64,000 nucleotides of DNA from Lama guanicoe (taxonomy: Eukaryota), in the NCBI GenBank assembly GCA_013239625.1, contig MU055549.1, positions 868,001 to 932,000 of the forward strand, written 5' to 3'. Below, piece after piece: positions 59,460 through 64,000 of the stretch. A model generated the notes under the pieces. It saw nothing but the letters and a program-made list of their open reading frames with translations, did no database searches and had not been told where the DNA came from. The stretch's first letter is position 1. Each line of letters starts with the position of its first letter. The position numbers and the translations under genes were made by a program.

Positions 59460-62400
59460 TTTGTCTTTCCGACACAACTTTCCTCTTCCTTCCTCCCCTC
59501 TGCGCCTTTCATTTTGTGTCTCATTAATTTCTGCTCGTATCTCTGCCTTTTTCTCCTACTTCTATTGGTTTTAGCCTTTTGTTCTTTTTCCGATTTAAGG
59601 TGGACACATGCCTCTTTTGTTTTTCTTCTTTGCAGGTTGCACAGCTGCCTCTGAGACCCACTTTGCGAACCGCACACGCGAGCAGCCTCACACGCTGCAA
59701 AACGTCACGTGGTGTGTTCACAATAAGTCAGGTCTTAGTGTTTCTAATTTCCATCGGGCATCAGGGTTTGACTCGTGCATCATTTGGAAATGCGTATTTT
59801 ATTTTCCAAACGAAGGCTTTAAAAGATTACTTTTACTATCTTAAATCATTAGGATTATTTGAAAAATATTGTTTTCACTCATAACTCTTTGCATTGTGGT
59901 CAGAAAACATTGCATGGTATAATTTCATGGAAACTGGTTGGTTTTTTCCGTGCTCCATGAACGCTTGAGCCACGAAGGTGGATCCGGGCTCCGTGGCTGT
60001 AACCAGCAGGAAGACGTGTCCACTCTTGTTTGTTAATACAGCCACAAAAATCGTAGTTAGAATGTTCTAGCTGGCAGGCACTGTGCAGTGCTTTGGGAAG
60101 GCACCAAACCCCATTGCTGCCTGGGGCCCTGGGGCCCGGCCTTGGCGCCGGTCTGGTCAGCACCCTGCTTCCAGCCCTGCCCAGCGCTCGGGCTCTGCCC
60201 TCCCACCGAGACCCCAAGGCGGGTGTTCCCTCGTAGGGAGTTTCTCCGTGTTCTCTACCTCAGTCACTCAGGACGGCAGCCTCAACCCCATCCGGACAAC
60301 GGCCTAAGGGTGAACCCCACCCCCACCACAAGGGCCCAGCAAATGCCGTCCGCAGCCTAGAGACGCCTCCGGACCCTCAGGAACCACTGGCATGATTCGC
60401 CTCCAGGCAGGCGCGCAGGGCAGGGAGGTCCCTCTCAGGCTGGTGCCCAGATGGGGCCTGCGCCCCTGAGTCCAGGGTGCAGAGCACAGCGGCCCATTTG
60501 TGGGGTGAGGCTCTGTGCTCAGGGCCCTGCCGGCGAGCAGCTCGTCCTGCGCCCATTTCGGCTGGAGGAGCGGCCGCGGGCTGGGGCTGAGGGCCTCCTG
60601 CGCGTCTCCCCGGCCTCCTCGGCCAGCAGGGTGGGGCCCGGCCCAGCGAGCGGGAGTGGCTGTGAGGTCAGGGCCCTGAACTCGCCAGCTGGGCGCCGCT
60701 CCTTTCTAACTCTGCTCTTTGGCACCAGCTGCAGCGGGGAGGGGCAAGGGGGGCCGGCCCTGGGCTCACGCAGTGCTGGGCTCGGGCTCTGACTCAGCCA
60801 GGCCGGGACCCCACAGCCAACAAGCGGCACCATGGGCGGGGGTCCGGGAGGCCCGCGTGGACCGTCATCCACCCCGGGGGGTGTGCGTGGGCAGGACACT
60901 CCTGGCTTTGCTGCAAGTCACAGGTCAGGCCATCTGCCGGCCTGTCTGGGTGCCCGTCCAGACCCCTGGAGGTGGGCCTGTCTCCGGCCCCACACCCCCA
61001 CCGTGTATACGGGGCGGCTGGAGCAGCAGTTCCTCGCTGGGCCCCACGTGGGGCCCCAGGACCTCTGGGCTCGCTGCTGGGCCCCAGGGAGGACGTTTCT
61101 CAGACATGCGACACCGCAGCGCACAGCGCTCCTTCCGGGCCTGCGAGGAGCATTGGAAATTGCATGAGACCAAGTGGCCTTGCCGGGCTCAGAGCCACAC
61201 AGCTGGCACTGCTCCACGGGGATGGGGGTGCCTGGAACTGGATCTGCTCTGAGGAGCCTTGCTCTCTCCTTCAGCCTCACTGCGGGGCCGAGCGTCTCGC
61301 TGTCCTCAGGCCCAGGGGGCAGACGGCTGTGTGGAGTGGCCCCTGAGGCCGCTCCCACACAGACACAAGTTACAGTGGGGCTCAGGCTCTGGGCTCCCCC
61401 CGGTGGGCAGCTGGTGGGCTGCTGGGTGAGAAGCAGGCAGGAGTGCAGACATCCCAGCGCCCCTGCCCTTCAGCACCCCCAGGGCGACCTGTGCAGGTGG
61501 GGAAGGGCCCTGCTGCTTGTCCAGGCTCGGCCCTTCCCCGTCTGCCTCAGCACAATCCCAGGTCTGCAGCTGTGGTTCTGTCGTGCCCTTGCCCACCCTG
61601 GGACCCGGGGTCCGAGGGAACCCTAAGCAGGTGCACCCCCATTGCTAAGGAAGTGTGAAGCAGTGAAGTCCCCAGCCCCTGTGGCCACACCAGTGGAAAG
61701 CGTCTTCCCACGTGGGACACGCTCCAGGCCTAAGAACCGCCGGGCCACCTGAAGAGCGTGCTGTGCTGGGGGGTGGGGGCAGCAATGGCTGGGCGGGCCT
61801 TCAGTCACCTTCGCCCTAGGCTGCCTCTGGGCGACAGCCTGTGTACTGGGGCCACCGGGCCAGCACTGAGTGAACCAGCATGTCCTAGACATGGCCCCTG
61901 GCCATCCTGGCCAGCCCCGTCGTCCCTCCCAGCCCCCTGCATGTCCACGGGGATCTCACACACTCCAGGTGGCTTCGCCAGGAGGCACTGGGGAGGCAGT
62001 TGGTTCCGACTCCTTTTGGAGCTCATGGTCCTTCTCCTGACCCACCAGAGGACTCAGGCTCTGGAAGGGGTGGGGGTCTCCCAGGTCACCTCCGAGGGAG
62101 CAGGTCAGCCCATACCAGCAGGATGCGATAGGACACAGGACGCGCAGGGGTGGATGGGGTCAGCTGTCAGCTCACCTGCGACGTGCCAGGCCTGGAGGTG
62201 AGGCCGGAGACCCCCTGGGCCAGGAGGAGTGGGCTCCAGGTGGGGGAGGGGAAGGGGCAGGAGGTGAAGTCACAGGGCCGGTGGGGCCTGAGTAGCCAGG
62301 AGCCTGATGGGGGTGTCCTTAGGAGGGAGTTGGAGGGGTGAGACTGAGGGTGGGGCACCCGGCAGAGATCAGGGCTGAAATGGGGTGAGACCCGCCCACG

Positions 62401-63109
62401 CCTGGGCCACCAGAGGCGTCAGCTGCCGCCCCCAGCCCCCCTCGGCCAGTGAGGACCCCACAGCTGCTGCCGATGCTGGCCGGACTTTGGGAACATGCAG
62501 CAGGCGGGCGGGTGGGACAGGCAATTGACAGACGCAAAGGTTGCTGCTGATTAATGCTTCTCCGCCGAAATGCCACGGGGCCGTCAGCCGCAGGAGCGCC
62601 CCTTTCTGCGGCTGTAAATGGCTTATTGATCGCGGGGGAGCTCACACGCCCTAAAGAGCAGAGCAGCTGCTGGATACGTCCTCCCACGGAAGGCTGGAGC
62701 CTCGGCCAGCAGGCAGGGGCAGAGTCCCAGCCCCAGCCTGGGAGCCCATCTGCCCACGCCCGCCCAGCTGGTGGCAGGCCTGGGGGTGCCTCCCTCAGGC
62801 CCAGGGTCTGTAACGGACGGGGCCGGGCAGTAAGAGCGGGTCACGCCCCGGCCACGGCTCTCAGGCAGTCCCTGTGGGAGGGAGGCCAGGATCGGTTCTC
62901 AGGGGGTGGGCAGCCAGTAGCCTCCACCCGAGCTGCAGGCCTGGCAGACATCAGGGGCGGCCGAGGGCTGTGCACACTGAGCACCCCAACTATGTTGGAA
63001 AGCAAAGGGGTTTCAGGGGATCCAGAAGCTTCCATGCAGAAAGGGCTGCCTTCACCAGCTCTCAGGGCCGCCAGCCCCTCCAGGGTGACAAACAGGATGC
63101 ACACTTGGG

Positions 63110-63205
63110 CTGTACACAAACACACAACACACCCTCACATATGCAAACATACACAAACACCCCTGTGTGGGCACACGACTTGCTCACCCACACACGCACA
63201 CGCAC
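63110..63205. repeat. Degenerate (CA)n tract
   Basis: acacaaacacacaacacac...cacacacgcacacgca. Confidence 0.7.
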
Positions 63206-63800
63206 CCCGGAAACCCACTTGGGCCTGTAAGCTGTCCTTTGCCCTAGGAGATGGAGAACAGAGCAACCAAGGTGAAGATGAAACGTGCATCACAAAGTGT
63301 CTTCTAACAGGGAGGCGTATACGCGTGGAAGTGTCTGCTCTGTGCTCTTATTAAAATCAGGAGTAGATGCACTGGGGAGACAGGGGACGGGTAAGAGGTC
63401 TCAGCGGGATGAGACACGACATCAAAAGAAGAGCCACTGCCTCAGCATCAGAGGGAAGCGAGAGTGGCAGGCCGAGCAAAGCTCACACCGGCACCTCCAT
63501 TAAAAAATTACCATTTATGTGTTTAAATAACCCTCCCCAAAAAACAAAAATGAAAGCGTTGCTGGACAGAAAGAGAACAAAAGTAAGATTACAGAGAAAT
63601 GAGCTGGAGGGTGAAGTCTGCGTTAGGACCGCAGAGGGCGGTGCCTGCCTGCCGGCCGCGGAGGGCAGTGCTGGATGGAGGGCACGGTGGCGAGGTCGTC
63701 CTGAAATTTAAAGAAATTGTGATGAGTTTTGAAATTGATCACACATAGAATTAGTCTAAATATTGTATTTGGTTATAAAACAGAATTAAATGTCAAAAAA

Positions 63801-64000
63801 TTTTTTTGAAGTTTAGCTGATTTACAATGCTGTGTTAGGTTCAGGTGTACAGCAAAGTGGTTCAGTTATATACTCTTTTTAATATCCTTTTTCATTATAG
63901 GCCAGTACAAGGTGTTGAAGATATTTCTCTGTGCTACATAGTAGGACCTTGTTGTTTATCAAATTTATACATAATAGTATCTGCAAATCCCAGACTCCTA
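63801..64000 (-). mobile_element. Cetartiodactyl-type L1 3'UTR end (runs off the window)
   Basis: tttttttgaagtttagctgatttacaatgctgtgttaggttcaggtgtacagcaaagt...tctgtgctacatagtaggaccttgttgtttatc. Confidence 0.85.

Larger units (their letters stand above)
57990..60080 (-). mobile_element. Old antisense L1M fossil cluster with nested younger L1 ends
   Basis: T-rich; ctttgcccatttttccattgg, acattcctgggataaac...ttggt, gttcagtttgctaata and aaaagttatgctggcctcag are antisense L1 ORF2 motifs. Confidence 0.7.

Noticed and set aside
63488-63550. Possible 3' half of another Vic-1-like SINE (cacctccattaaaaaa...ccccaaaaaa)
   Set aside because: The tRNA-like head is missing and the match is too short to call.
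21554-64000. A second protein-coding gene, processed pseudogene or NUMT upstream of INPP5A
   Set aside because: No ORF or exon chain with recognisable protein similarity found by eye; short exons or lncRNAs cannot be excluded without alignment.

Overview
This is GC-rich mammalian genomic DNA, most likely from a camelid: it carries several tRNA-derived Vic-1-like SINEs and cetartiodactyl-type L1 3' ends, and I saw no Alu, Bov-tA or PRE-1. The only protein-coding sequence I can support is coding exon 1 of INPP5A (type I inositol 1,4,5-trisphosphate 5-phosphatase) on the minus strand, 21117-21043, MAGKASASGTAVLLVTANVGSLFDD, followed by a GTAAGT donor. It lies in a CpG island broken by a 197-N assembly gap that probably hides the TSS. 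Bases 1-21042 are the 5' part of INPP5A intron 1 (I did not find exon 2). Bases ~21554-64000 are upstream intergenic DNA with old L1/L2/MIR/MaLR fossils, microsatellites, a 22-bp minisatellite and several dense TF-motif clusters. Nearly all ORFs in the supplied track look like chance GC-rich frames. I see no evidence for a new multi-gene system. The best leads are regulatory: a layered INPP5A 5'UTR (two uORFs, one in frame and separated from the CDS by a single TGA-C, plus a Kozak-context CUG), two candidate poison exons in intron 1, a CRE-ETS promoter-like element ~19 kb upstream, and a stress-type enhancer with a perfect four-unit heat-shock element. Repeat family names and TF motifs were recognised by eye and need computational confirmation.
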